Origin: Thermoplasmata archaeon
Lineage (GTDB): Archaea; Thermoplasmatota; Thermoplasmata; Lutacidiplasmatales; UBA184
Direction of reading: 5' to 3'
Assembly: GCA_052326485.1 (NCBI GenBank)
Contig: JBKQMS010000019.1
Location: forward strand, 34 to 64,033
DNA: 64,000 nt
This document shows, in pieces, positions 19,722 through 29,342 of this stretch (the first letter of the stretch is position 1; every line of letters starts with the position of its first letter). The notes beneath the pieces are model-generated. The model was not told where the DNA came from. It was given only the letters and a program-made list of their open reading frames with translations, and searched no databases. Both the position numbers and the translations under genes were made by a program.

Positions 19722-20009
19722 TCAGGGAGCCAGGTGGTAGGCGAGGCCGTACCAGGTGCCCTGTTCCTTATCGAACGTCGTACCGCACTGGAAGCAGAAG
19801 AACACGCGGGCCGGCGGATCCTTCGGCTCGACCTCCATCGAGCCTCCGCAGATGGGGCAGCAGAGCTTCTCTTCGACCTCGGGAAGGCCGTGCCAGGAGT
19901 CGCGCTTCCGGTCGTAGACCACTCCGTCGTGGCCACAGACGAACATCGGGAACGGCACGTTCGCGGCGGGCGGACCGCTCATGGCCCGACCGCAAACGGG
20001 GCAGAACAT
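19722..20009 (-). CDS. Tandem zinc-ribbon protein
   Basis: Internally duplicated CPVCG..M / CPICG..M halves, each ending W-H/Y-GL. Confidence 0.75.
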   Translation of the reverse strand: MFCPVCGRAMSGPPAANVPFPMFVCGHDGVVYDRKRDSWHGLPEVEEKLCCPICGGSMEVEPKDPPARVFFCFQCGTTFDKEQGTWYGLAYHLAP

Positions 20010-20052
20010 CGGAGGAGGGTAGCACCTCCCCGACCGAATAACCTAGCGCTGC

Positions 20053-21564
20053 TCAGCGGGAGGCCTTGGGTCGCTCGAGGGTGACGATCGACTCCCTCAG
20101 CTCGAAGCTCCGCCGCTGGCCGCTGCGCCGGCGCCGGGCGACCTCGACCGAGACGATCCGGAACCCCTCGTCCGCGCCGAGCCGGGCCAGGAGGAGGTCG
20201 CCCGGCACGTAGGCCCCTGCGAGGAGCGAGTCCCCTACCACCACGACGAACCGGCCTCCCGGCACGAGGGATCGGTAGACCCCGGCCAGCACGGGCTTGA
20301 GGTCGGCGAAGTACCGGTGGACGACCGCGTGCATGTCATCGCGGCGGTACGTCCTCTTGCGCGCAAGGTTCTCCCGGATCCGGGGCAGGATCTCGGTGAG
20401 CCAAGCGTCCGTGACCGCGCTCGTGTCGAGGTAGGGAGCGGCCTCCCGACGCGGGAGGTTGTCGCAGGCCACCTGGGCCCGTCGCAGGGCCACGAGGTCG
20501 CCGTACGAGTGAGCATAGCCGAGCCAGGCCAGGTCGACCTTGTAGTTCATCACGTAGTCCATGCCGTTCACGTACGGCGGGCTCGTGACGGCGAGTTCGA
20601 CTGAGCGAGAAGGCCAGCCTCCGGTGCGAGCGTCCCGAAGTGCGACCTCGGAGGCGGGACCCCAACGCGGGTGGTCCACGCCGAGGTCCCGAAGGTCGGC
20701 GGCCATCTCGTCGATTGCAGCACGGAATCGCTCGAACGGGGCCACCTCGTTTTCCACGGCGCGCTTCCCGTACCCGAGACACGGGGACCGGTGGAGGCGA
20801 CTCGAGGGGATCAGGATGCGGCCGAACGCGAGTCGGAGCGCGTCGTCGAGCGGATCCCCCTCCGGGGGCAACGCGTCGCGAAGGCGAGTGAGGTCCCGAA
20901 GCGCCTCCGGCGCGAACTGACGACGCGTTTCCCGAAGGAACGGGAGCGCTCCCGCGCTCCTCCGCTCGGCTCGTCTCAGGACCCGGTCGCCCCCTCGAAC
21001 GAGCGCGCGGGGGTCGGTCTCGAAGTTCGTCTTCACTCGGGCGGCGAGCACGGCCGGGGCGAGGAGCTCGGTACCGATGGCCCGGGCCCCGGACCGGCGC
21101 GCCTCCACGAGGGTCGTGCCGCTGCCGGCGAACGGGTCGAGCACGGTGGCCCCGCGGGGCAGCTCGGCGGCCTCCAGGACGCCGGCCACGAACTCCGCGG
21201 AGTACCCCTGGACGTACGGCCACCAGCGGTGGACGGGGAGAGCCTCGTTCGACCGGAACGTGATCGGCCCGGCGTACCGTCCGAGCGCCACCCCGTTCTC
21301 CTGTTCGAACCGTTCGACGAAGGCCGCCGGGTCGACGAAGTCGTCGCGTTCCGTGAGGCGCTCGAAGTCCCGGAGAACGAAGAGCCCCCGTCCCATTCGC
21401 AGGACGTCCCCCTGGCTTCGGAGCCGGTCGAGGACCTCGGCGACACGGTCCGGGCGGTCATCCAAACGTGTGGCGATCTGGCGGGCGGTGGCACCGATCG
21501 CTCCGGTCTCTCCGAGCACGTCGCGTACGGCCCCGATGAGGTCGCTCTCCTCCGGGGCCGGCAC
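20053..21564 (-). CDS. Site-specific amino-DNA methyltransferase (probably m4C) with N-terminal HTH-like extension
   Basis: VHRWWPYVQGYS, VLDPFAGSGTT (motif I) before VTSPPY (motif IV), L.PGG.FVVVVGDS; start approximate. Confidence 0.85.
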   Translation of the reverse strand: MPAPEESDLIGAVRDVLGETGAIGATARQIATRLDDRPDRVAEVLDRLRSQGDVLRMGRGLFVLRDFERLTERDDFVDPAAFVERFEQENGVALGRYAGPITFRSNEALPVHRWWPYVQGYSAEFVAGVLEAAELPRGATVLDPFAGSGTTLVEARRSGARAIGTELLAPAVLAARVKTNFETDPRALVRGGDRVLRRAERRSAGALPFLRETRRQFAPEALRDLTRLRDALPPEGDPLDDALRLAFGRILIPSSRLHRSPCLGYGKRAVENEVAPFERFRAAIDEMAADLRDLGVDHPRWGPASEVALRDARTGGWPSRSVELAVTSPPYVNGMDYVMNYKVDLAWLGYAHSYGDLVALRRAQVACDNLPRREAAPYLDTSAVTDAWLTEILPRIRENLARKRTYRRDDMHAVVHRYFADLKPVLAGVYRSLVPGGRFVVVVGDSLLAGAYVPGDLLLARLGADEGFRIVSVEVARRRRSGQRRSFELRESIVTLERPKASR

Positions 21565-21608
21565 GGGCTCGGGAGACCGTAGTAGGGTAATAACGGAACG
21601 ATGCGGGC

Positions 21609-22469
21609 TCAGGTGACCTTTGGCCGAGGGCGCCGACCCGCCGGCGGAATCCGCGTTGGGGACTCGAGCGCTTTCAGGACGTCGCGTCGACGTCGGCGCC
21701 GTTCCTCTCGAAGCGCGTCGGCCCACGCGGTCTTGCGGACCTCCTCGTCGAGCCCGACCAGGACCATGTCGAGGTCGTGGAGGTCGCCGAGGTCCTTCTG
21801 AAGTCGCACCAAGGAGCTCGAGAACCCCCGCTCGTGCCGGGGGTCGAGCGCGACAGCGAGGTCGGTGAACTGTCGGGCGCGGCGGATTCGGATCCGGAGT
21901 CGGTGAAGCCGCTCCATCGACGGACGGCGGAGGGCCTTGCGGTGCGCCCTCCTCAGGTTCTCGCTGGTACGGGCATGGGCGAGCGCAACGGCGTGGTGGG
22001 GGTCGCGGAAAGACCCGGAGCGGGGCAGGCTGCGCAGCCTCTCTCCGACATCGTCTAGCAGCCGCGCCTGCCGCTCCGAGCGCAGGAACGCCCGCAGGAG
22101 CTCGCGACCGGTGCGCGCGTCGTCCTGGACCCGGGTGCGGTACCGTTCGAGCCGCTCGAGGTCGCGGCGACCGGGACGCCTCCCGCCGAATCGCTGGAGG
22201 AGCGCGAGGGAGATGTCGCGGTCCCGGATGCGACCGACGAGGCGGGAGAGCCGCTTGATCCGGACGTCGAGCGGGTGGAGAAGGTCACGTTCCGCGCTCG
22301 GGAGCAGGGCTTCCCACAAAGCGAGCCCGGTCCGCAGACGTCGCATCTGCCGATGTAGGCGGTGAAGGCTCTCCGGGGAGGGGTGGGCCGAGGCGACCAC
22401 CTGGTCGACGGCCCGGGTCGCCTCTTCGAGGATTTCCCCGATCTCGCGAGCGACGCGTTCGGGTCGCAT
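21609..22469 (-). CDS. CHAD-domain polyphosphate-binding protein
   Basis: LHRLHRQMRRLR, GRIRDRD, LHRLRIRIRRAR, LQKDLGDLHDLD. Confidence 0.9.
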   Translation of the reverse strand: MRPERVAREIGEILEEATRAVDQVVASAHPSPESLHRLHRQMRRLRTGLALWEALLPSAERDLLHPLDVRIKRLSRLVGRIRDRDISLALLQRFGGRRPGRRDLERLERYRTRVQDDARTGRELLRAFLRSERQARLLDDVGERLRSLPRSGSFRDPHHAVALAHARTSENLRRAHRKALRRPSMERLHRLRIRIRRARQFTDLAVALDPRHERGFSSSLVRLQKDLGDLHDLDMVLVGLDEEVRKTAWADALREERRRRRRDVLKALESPTRIPPAGRRPRPKVT

Positions 22470-22611
22470 CGTGCGGCTCTCGCTACCCCGAAACATCGGA
22501 CCGTCTCCCTCGTGGGGCGAACCAGGACCCCCACGTAAACCATTCGGAGGGAACACTCCGTCCGCCGGACTTTACCCGAGTCCTATTAGCGACAAGGCGT
22601 TCTCGGGGGAC

Positions 22612-24171
22612 ATGCACCGTCCCCGCCTCGCGGACCTCGAGCGGGGCGAGCCGGCGAGCCGCGCCGTTTCCACGATCGGAGTGATGGACATCGGGTCGAA
22701 CACGGCCCGGTTCGTCGTGTTCGATACCTCCAGCGCCGGGACCGTCCGGGCGGTCTACCAGACCAAGGACGCGCCTCGCCTCGGGTCGGGGACAGGCCCG
22801 GACGGCAGCCTCTCTCCCGAGGCGATGATCCGGGGGGTCGCCACGGTCCGACGGTTCGCCCGCACCGTCCGCTCGCTCAAGGTGCCGAAGACCCTGGCGG
22901 TAGCGACCAGCGCCGTACGGGATGCACCGAACGGCCCGGAGTTCGTCCGGGACGTGTCGCGGGCGACCGGAGTGTCGCTAAGGACCATCTCGGGGACCGA
23001 GGAGGCTCGTTATGCCTACCTTGGGATCGCGAGCGCCTGGGAGCTCTCGAACGACCTCATCTGCGACCTGGGCGGCGGCTCGCTCCAGCTCGCCGACGTC
23101 CGGGACGGCTCGCTGCGCAACTCCGTCAGCCTGCCGCTCGGCGTCCTGCGGCTCTCGCAACGATTCTTCGACCATGACCCGCCCAAACGGCGAGAGCATG
23201 ACGCGCTGCGCGAGCACGTGCGGGGAACGCTCTCCTCGGTCCTCGAGGCGTTCGGTGGGGGACCGTACCGCCTCTTCGGCATCGGCGGCACCGTCCGTTC
23301 CCTCGCTCGCGCGTCGATCGAGTTCCGGGAGTACCCGGTCCGTCGGGTCCACGGCTATCTCCTCTACGAGAACGACATCGAGGCACTCGAGGAGCTCTTG
23401 GGCGAGATGCCCGCCGCCCGCCGTCGGGCGGTCACCGGTATCGGAGGGGACCGCGCGGACGTCGTCCTCGCGGGGATCATCGTCTTCTCCGAGCTCCTGC
23501 GGGCGGTGAAGGCCGAGCGGGTCGTCGTCTCGGGTACGGGGATCCGGGAGGGGATCGCCCTCGAGTCGATCGGAGCAAAGCTTCCCGCCCCGGCGGAGAC
23601 GCTAGCCGAGCGTTCGACGGCCGCCGCGGCGGAGTCGTTCGCCTTCGACCTCGAGCACGGACGGGAGGTCGCCGAGACCGCCAGCGCCCTCTTTCGGGTC
23701 CTGTCGGACCGGTTCGACGGGGGTCCGAGCGAGGCGCTCGTCCTTCGGGTCGCCGCGTGGATGCACGACGCGGGAGTCGCGGTCGACCTCTGGAACCACG
23801 CCCGCCACTCATCCTACCTGATCCAGAACTACCCAATCTGGGGGCTCGATCAGCGCGAGGTCCTCCTCGCCGGGATGGCCGCCTACCTGCACGAGGGGAA
23901 GAACGCGGTCCCCTCGGAATGGAAGAGGGGGTTCCTTCCAATCATCGGTCCGTCCGACCTGGAGAAGGCGGTCCGCCTCGGCGCGATCCTGGGCGTGGCG
24001 GAGCTGCTATCATCGGTCCGGCCGAAGTTCTCGCTCGTCGCGGACGGGAAAGCGCTCGGGGTGAGCTTTTCTTCTGCGCGGGATACGACCCTCTCCCCAC
24101 GCTGGGCAGAGAAGGTCCGAAAGGTGATGGAACGCGTCTTCGAGCTCGAGGTGCGCTATCGCGATGCCTGA
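22612..24171 (+). CDS. ppx: Exopolyphosphatase Ppx/GppA family with C-terminal HD domain
   Basis: DIGSNTAR, VATSAVRDAPN, DLGGGS, GIGGT, GIREG, AWMHDAG. Confidence 0.93.
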   Translation: MHRPRLADLERGEPASRAVSTIGVMDIGSNTARFVVFDTSSAGTVRAVYQTKDAPRLGSGTGPDGSLSPEAMIRGVATVRRFARTVRSLKVPKTLAVATSAVRDAPNGPEFVRDVSRATGVSLRTISGTEEARYAYLGIASAWELSNDLICDLGGGSLQLADVRDGSLRNSVSLPLGVLRLSQRFFDHDPPKRREHDALREHVRGTLSSVLEAFGGGPYRLFGIGGTVRSLARASIEFREYPVRRVHGYLLYENDIEALEELLGEMPAARRRAVTGIGGDRADVVLAGIIVFSELLRAVKAERVVVSGTGIREGIALESIGAKLPAPAETLAERSTAAAAESFAFDLEHGREVAETASALFRVLSDRFDGGPSEALVLRVAAWMHDAGVAVDLWNHARHSSYLIQNYPIWGLDQREVLLAGMAAYLHEGKNAVPSEWKRGFLPIIGPSDLEKAVRLGAILGVAELLSSVRPKFSLVADGKALGVSFSSARDTTLSPRWAEKVRKVMERVFELEVRYRDA

Positions 24172-24862
24172 GGCGCCGCCCCCGAACCACGGCTTCCCCG
24201 GCCGGTTGCTCGTCTTCGAAGGTCTCGATGGCAGCGGCAAGTCGACGCAGGCCGACCTCCTCGGGAAGTGGCTCCAGTCGAAAGGCTACCGCGTCTTCTT
24301 CACCGAATGGAACTCGTCGGAGCTCGTCTCGAGCACCATCCGTCGCGGCAAGAAGAAAGGCCTGCTCACGCCCACCACCTTCTCGCTCCTGCACGCGGTC
24401 GACTTCGCGGACCGGTTCGAGCGGAAGATCCTCCCCCCGTTGCGGGCGGGGTACCTCGTCGTCTGCGACCGCTACACCTATACCGCGTTCGTCCGGGACG
24501 CGGCCCGGGGATGCGACCCGGACTGGGTCCGGACGATCTATTCGTTCGCGCCCCGACCGGACCGGGTCTTCTACTTCCGCGTGCCGGTCGCGGTGACGCT
24601 CCGGCGTAAGCTCGCCTCCCGGCTCAAGATGAACTACTACGAGGCCGGCATGGACCTCGGGCTCTCGGACGACCTGGTCGAGAGCTACACGCGGTTCCAG
24701 GGCCGCTTGAAGCGCGAGTACGACCGCCTCTCGACGGTCGACGGCTTCCGCGTCGTCGACGCGACGCGCTCGGTCGAGGCGATCCAGGCCGAGCTGAGGG
24801 CCGACCTCAAGCCGCTGCTCGTGAAGTTCCCGACGGTGGAGCGACTGACGCATGACCGATAG
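24164..24862 (+). CDS. Thymidylate-kinase-like protein, subunit 1 (candidate polyphosphate kinase subunit)
   Basis: EGLDGSGKST Walker A, CDRY, YYEAGMDLGLS; overlaps the ppx stop. Confidence 0.85.
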   Translation: MPEAPPPNHGFPGRLLVFEGLDGSGKSTQADLLGKWLQSKGYRVFFTEWNSSELVSSTIRRGKKKGLLTPTTFSLLHAVDFADRFERKILPPLRAGYLVVCDRYTYTAFVRDAARGCDPDWVRTIYSFAPRPDRVFYFRVPVAVTLRRKLASRLKMNYYEAGMDLGLSDDLVESYTRFQGRLKREYDRLSTVDGFRVVDATRSVEAIQAELRADLKPLLVKFPTVERLTHDR

Positions 24863-25616
24863 GACGTACGGGACCCGGCTTCCCCGGATGCCCGAGGAAG
24901 CGCTCGTCGGGAAGCTCATCGTCGTGGAAGGGGCGGACGGCTCGGGCCGCACGACCGAGGTCACGATGCTGCGGGAGTGGCTCGAGGTCGAGGGCCACGC
25001 CGTCGTCGACACGGGTCTTCGCCGCTCCGACCTCGTGAGCGAGGAGATCGACCGTGCGAAGCAGGGCCACACCTTGGCGTCCACGACGATGGCCCTCCTT
25101 TACGCCGCGGACTTCGCCGACCAGCTCGAGAACAAGATCGTTCCGGCCCTCGCGGCCGGGAGCACGGTCCTCGCCGACCGGTACATCTACACGCTGATGG
25201 CACGGGCGATCGTCCGCGGCGCCTCCCGCGAGTACGCCCGCCACCTCTACGGGTTCGCGGTCCGTCCCGACCTCATCATCTTCTTGAGGGCGCGGCCCGA
25301 GATCCTGCTCCACCGGTCGATCGGGAAGTACGGCTCCCTCGACTACTGGGAGTCGGGCATGGACCTCTGCCTCTCCCGGGACCTCTTCGAGAGCTTCTTC
25401 CTCTACCAGGACCTCCTCTCGAAGGAGTTCGACTGGATGGCGACCGAGTACGGGTTCGAGTACGTGGACGCGAACCGAATGCCCGAGCAGGTCCACCAGG
25501 ACGTCCAGCGACTGGTCGCCCCGCTCTACGGGGCCCGGTTCGCCGCTCCGCGCCGCTCGCCCCGACGGCCCTCCCGGGCGGTCAGTCGCGTTCCGCGGCG
25601 AGCTGCTTCCGCGTAA
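24852..25616 (+). CDS. Thymidylate-kinase-like protein, subunit 2 (Walker A K->R)
   Basis: EGADGSGRTT, ADRY, YWESGMDLCLS; overlaps subunit 1 by 11 nt. Confidence 0.85.
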   Translation: MTDRTYGTRLPRMPEEALVGKLIVVEGADGSGRTTEVTMLREWLEVEGHAVVDTGLRRSDLVSEEIDRAKQGHTLASTTMALLYAADFADQLENKIVPALAAGSTVLADRYIYTLMARAIVRGASREYARHLYGFAVRPDLIIFLRARPEILLHRSIGKYGSLDYWESGMDLCLSRDLFESFFLYQDLLSKEFDWMATEYGFEYVDANRMPEQVHQDVQRLVAPLYGARFAAPRRSPRRPSRAVSRVPRRAASA

Positions 25617-26118
25617 GCAGCCAGACGAGGCGACCCGCCCCCGGGCGGACGGAGTTCGAGAACTCGAGGCAAACGGCGCCGCCCTTCGTCAATCGGACGA
25701 CGGACAGCCCCTCGCCGGTCAGCGCCTCCCCCACGAACTCCGCGAGGGTCGGCTCATGGCCTACCAGGACCACGGTATCGCGAGGCCGCGCGGAGCGGCG
25801 GATCCGGTCGAAGATCGGGGTCGCGATGTTTCCCGGGGCGAGCTCTTCCCAGGTCTCCGGCGAGGGCGCCTTGGCCAGTTCCCGACGGATCAGCTCGGCG
25901 GTGCGGATCGCCCGGTCGGCCGAGCTGGTCGCGAGACGGTCGGCGGACCGGACGACGTTGGCGAGACCGCGGGCCGCGCGTCGGGTCGCTGTCTCTCCCT
26001 TTCGGGTCAAGGGTCGAAGGTCGTCGTCGGGCCAGCGCGCGGGGTCCCGGACCTCGGCCGGACCGTGGCGCACGGCGATGACGCGAATGCTGTTGGTATG
26101 GGCTTGCTTGCGCGGCAA
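25582..26118 (-). CDS. sixA: SixA-like histidine phosphatase
   Basis: VRHGPA, DDDLRPLT, SSADRAIRTA, LVGHEP, L.WLL; TTG start approximate. Confidence 0.85.
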   Translation of the reverse strand: MPRKQAHTNSIRVIAVRHGPAEVRDPARWPDDDLRPLTRKGETATRRAARGLANVVRSADRLATSSADRAIRTAELIRRELAKAPSPETWEELAPGNIATPIFDRIRRSARPRDTVVLVGHEPTLAEFVGEALTGEGLSVVRLTKGGAVCLEFSNSVRPGAGRLVWLLTRKQLAAERD

Positions 26119-26171
26119 AGATCCAGAGCGGGCCCAGATGCAGGCGTCGAGGTAGAAAATCTCTCCGCCTG

Positions 26172-27221
26172 CTATGGAGTTAGCGCCGGATATACGGTAC
26201 CGCGCCGTCCGGGAGTCCGTTCCTTGGCCCCGGCCCTCGGCACCCATCGGTCGAGCGTCACTTGGGCGACGTCCTGTGCATAGGCGACCGTGCGACCGAT
26301 CGACTCGAGGATCCGTGTGACGGCGGCCGCCGTCGCGGGGGGCATCGTGCCATCCCCCACGGCCGGGAGGAGTCGGTCGGAGAGGGCGCGGCCCGACGCC
26401 TGGAGCGCGTCCCCGAGGTCGAGGAGGTCGTTGGCGACGGAGCCCTCCGTGGCACCCAGGACCCCTTCGAGGTGGTCCATCGCCTGCCGGTGGAACTGCC
26501 GCAGCGAGGTCGCGGGGCCGGTCCCGTTCGGGAGGTCCACGAGACGTCGACCGACCTCGCCGAGAACGACCGCGTGATCGGCGATCCGTTCGAGGCTTCG
26601 AGCGGTCGTCCATAGACCGAGCCACTCGGCCCCGCGGTCGGCCGCCCCCAACTGGATCGCGGCGACGCGCTCGACGTACCAGGCATCCCGGTCGATCTCG
26701 TCGTCGCGGTGCTCCCAGTACCCATCATCGAGGAACGGAAGGTGAGACCAGCTCTCGACCGCTTCGCGGTGGAACTCGACCACGAGCCGACCCATCCGAG
26801 CGATCCGCTGGTCGAGAGGGATCTGGCTCTCGAACGCGAGGTCGCGCAGGTGAAGGACCCCGGCCTCGTCCGAAATGATCTCGGGCTGGCGGGTCCGTCG
26901 GCAGAACGTAAGGACGACCTCGCGGGTGTCCGGTCGGATGTTCGGGCGTTCGCGGACGACGAACTCGCGGGCTCCGGCAAGGTACGCACCCAAGAGACGG
27001 CGGAACAGATGCTCGGAAGGTTCTCCACGGCCGACATCGATCGTCGCGCCTTCGAACGCTTCGAAGGCAGGCGGCGCTTCGTTCCGCAAGACGCGGGCGA
27101 CACGGAGAGGAGAGGTCGGGTGGGCTAGTTCCTCCTTTGGAGGAGAGGACGGTCTTTCTCGGGAACCGGAGGTCCCTCCGGACGCTCCCGCACCGCCCCC
27201 AACGGGGTTCTTGGTCTTCAT
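26172..27221 (-). CDS. PhoU-like phosphate uptake regulator (archaeal long form)
   Basis: FRRLLGAYLAGA, DDEIDR, ARSLERIADHA, LESIGR..AYAQDVA, i.e. two PhoU repeats. Confidence 0.8.
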   Translation of the reverse strand: MKTKNPVGGGAGASGGTSGSRERPSSPPKEELAHPTSPLRVARVLRNEAPPAFEAFEGATIDVGRGEPSEHLFRRLLGAYLAGAREFVVRERPNIRPDTREVVLTFCRRTRQPEIISDEAGVLHLRDLAFESQIPLDQRIARMGRLVVEFHREAVESWSHLPFLDDGYWEHRDDEIDRDAWYVERVAAIQLGAADRGAEWLGLWTTARSLERIADHAVVLGEVGRRLVDLPNGTGPATSLRQFHRQAMDHLEGVLGATEGSVANDLLDLGDALQASGRALSDRLLPAVGDGTMPPATAAAVTRILESIGRTVAYAQDVAQVTLDRWVPRAGAKERTPGRRGTVYPALTP

Positions 27222-27244
27222 CGAGCCGGACAAGCAGCCTATCC

Positions 27245-27295
27245 CATATATAGAGTTCCAATTTAGACTATAGTTAATGCTATAGCTATGGTATT
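27245..27295. promoter_or_regulatory. AT-rich promoter/operator region upstream of the phoU-like gene
   Basis: TATAG at 27249 and palindromic CTATAG at 27268 and 27280 in a strongly AT-rich patch. Confidence 0.55.
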
Positions 27296-27432
27296 TCGCG
27301 TACACCGGCCCATCCTCGGAGTTTCGGGGCCTGCCGGCCCGTCTCTGGCAGACGCTCCGGTCGGTGAGGTTCGGCTCGGCAGGTCCGTGCCGGCACGATA
27401 CTCCATAAGAGAGGGGAGCATTCCCCCGTCGC

Positions 27433-28002
27433 GTGACTACGACCTCCCCCCGCCGGTTCGCGCGCTATCGGCCCACCGAAGGCGAGGTCGCGGGCCGCCG
27501 AATGTGGACGGTCCCCCGCGCCGGCCTCTGCCTCTCCGCCTTCGTCCTCGTCGGGGACCCGAAGAACCCGAACCTGGTCGTCTTGGGCCGTCCCTCGCCC
27601 TCAGCCCCATGGGCGGAGGTGGGGAACCTTGAGCCGGCGTCCCTCGAGGCCCTCCAGGAACACTGGGTGTTGCCCGCCTGCCACCTCGTCGAATTCGAGA
27701 GCCCCCGGTCGGCGGCCGAACGAATCGTCCACGAGCAGCTCGGCCTCGAGCACCTGGAGCTGCGGGGTCCCGAGGTCTTCTCCGAGGCGTACCCCTCCCG
27801 TCTCGACCCCGAGAGCGGGAACCACTGGGACCTGGACATCCTCTTCCGGGGCGACTGGCCCCACGGCCGCGAGCTCCACTCGCCGGCGTTCAAGGAGCTG
27901 CGGCTCATCGACACCCGGACCGTCGGTGCCCCCAACCTCGGCCGAGGGCACGGAGACATCCTCTTGCTGGCCGGCTACCCGCTCGGCGCCCGGATGACCT
28001 GA
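27433..28002 (+). CDS. NUDIX-fold-like hypothetical protein
   Basis: WVLPACHLVEFESPRSAAERIVHEQLGL, a degenerate Nudix box. Confidence 0.65.
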   Translation: MTTTSPRRFARYRPTEGEVAGRRMWTVPRAGLCLSAFVLVGDPKNPNLVVLGRPSPSAPWAEVGNLEPASLEALQEHWVLPACHLVEFESPRSAAERIVHEQLGLEHLELRGPEVFSEAYPSRLDPESGNHWDLDILFRGDWPHGRELHSPAFKELRLIDTRTVGAPNLGRGHGDILLLAGYPLGARMT

Positions 28003-28016
28003 GCTGCCGACGAGAT

Positions 28017-29201
28017 CTACGGGCGGAAGTAGAGCACCTGACCGCCGCGGACGGTCGCGTGGACGCGGGCGAAAGCGAGAAGGTCATTCATCGGGTCCCC
28101 GTCCAGTAGCACCAGGTCCGCTCGCCCACCGACCGCGACGGACCCCGACTCCTTCCCGACACCGAAGCGCTCGGCGGGTGCCGTGGTCAACATCCTCAGC
28201 ACGTCACGCGCGTCCAACCCGGAGCGCGCCAGCGCTCGGAACTCGTCCTCCGTCGAGTAATCGGCCATGTATCCGACATCCGTGCCGAAGAGCAGCTCAC
28301 CGCCCAGCACATGGAACCGGTGGACCACCTCGTAGATCGGGTTGAGGTAGTCGAGGCTCGGGCTCGCCGTATCGGCGAACATCTTGAGGGTAGGGATCAT
28401 CGCCATCCGACGGTCGACCATCTCCTGAAGCACCGCCTCGTCGACCCCCTCGGTCGTGTCCGGCGGATGGGCGAGGACGTCCACGCCGGACCGTACCGCG
28501 ATACGCGTCCCCTCGAGATTCGAGGGGTGGCTGTACACGAGCTGGCCGTGCGAGTGGGCGACGTCCGCGGCCGCGCGCGCGATAGGCTCGGGCATCGTCT
28601 TGACCGTTCCCCGCGCGACGTACGAACCGGTGAACAGTTTGAGGAGGTCGGTGCCGTGGGCGATGTTCCGCTCGGCGATCCTCTTCGCGGCCTCCGGGGT
28701 CGAGGGTCTTGGCAGGAAGGGGCGGAGCCAGAACGGCAGGCTGTTCCGGAGGTAGTACGGGGTCCCTCTCGGAGGGAACATGCTCGGGCCCGCCGTGTAG
28801 ATGGAAGGGCCTAGCAGCTCACCGGACCCGATTCTCCGACGTAGAGGGAGCGTGGTCCGGGGGTCGGAGCCGGCATCCACGACGGTGGTGAACCCTCGGC
28901 TCGTGAGCATGTCGCGAAGCTGCGCTTCGAGGATTGCCGGAGACTTCCGCGCGGCGGACCGCCACTTTGCCTCGGTGAAGTGCACGTGTGCGTTCCAGAA
29001 GCCCGCGGTGACGACCCGCCCCTCCCCCGGGATGACCCGGGCGTCCGGAGGGACGGAGACCCCCACTCCCATCGCGACGATCCGTCCGTCCCGGATGAGG
29101 ACGGTTCCCCGATCGATCGGAGGCGCGTCGGGAGAGGGGTAGAGCTTGGCATTCCGGATCGCGAGGGGTGTCCCACTCGCTCCCCTTCGGACCGACCCCA
29201 T
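28017..29201 (-). CDS. Amidohydrolase family protein (imidazolonepropionase-like fold)
   Basis: VLIRDGRI, GFWNAHVH (HxH), LFGTD, G.VAVG..ADLVLLDGDP. Confidence 0.9.
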   Translation of the reverse strand: MGSVRRGASGTPLAIRNAKLYPSPDAPPIDRGTVLIRDGRIVAMGVGVSVPPDARVIPGEGRVVTAGFWNAHVHFTEAKWRSAARKSPAILEAQLRDMLTSRGFTTVVDAGSDPRTTLPLRRRIGSGELLGPSIYTAGPSMFPPRGTPYYLRNSLPFWLRPFLPRPSTPEAAKRIAERNIAHGTDLLKLFTGSYVARGTVKTMPEPIARAAADVAHSHGQLVYSHPSNLEGTRIAVRSGVDVLAHPPDTTEGVDEAVLQEMVDRRMAMIPTLKMFADTASPSLDYLNPIYEVVHRFHVLGGELLFGTDVGYMADYSTEDEFRALARSGLDARDVLRMLTTAPAERFGVGKESGSVAVGGRADLVLLDGDPMNDLLAFARVHATVRGGQVLYFRP

Positions 29202-29342
29202 CGTCGACGGAGGCCCCCCCTCGGTCCGTTGGAACGACGAAGAAGAGCGGCTCACGGGCTTCGCAGGCGGGGGCGCGTCTAAAGCCCTTCTCGCCCCCGA
29301 TGGCTCTTGAGCCAGGCGCAGGACGGACGTCGGCGGACCCGA

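Noticed and set aside
27222-27305. N-terminal extension MYAKYHSYSINYSLNWNS of the PhoU-like ORF
   Set aside because: It translates the AT-rich promoter region; the ATG at 27221 is more plausible.
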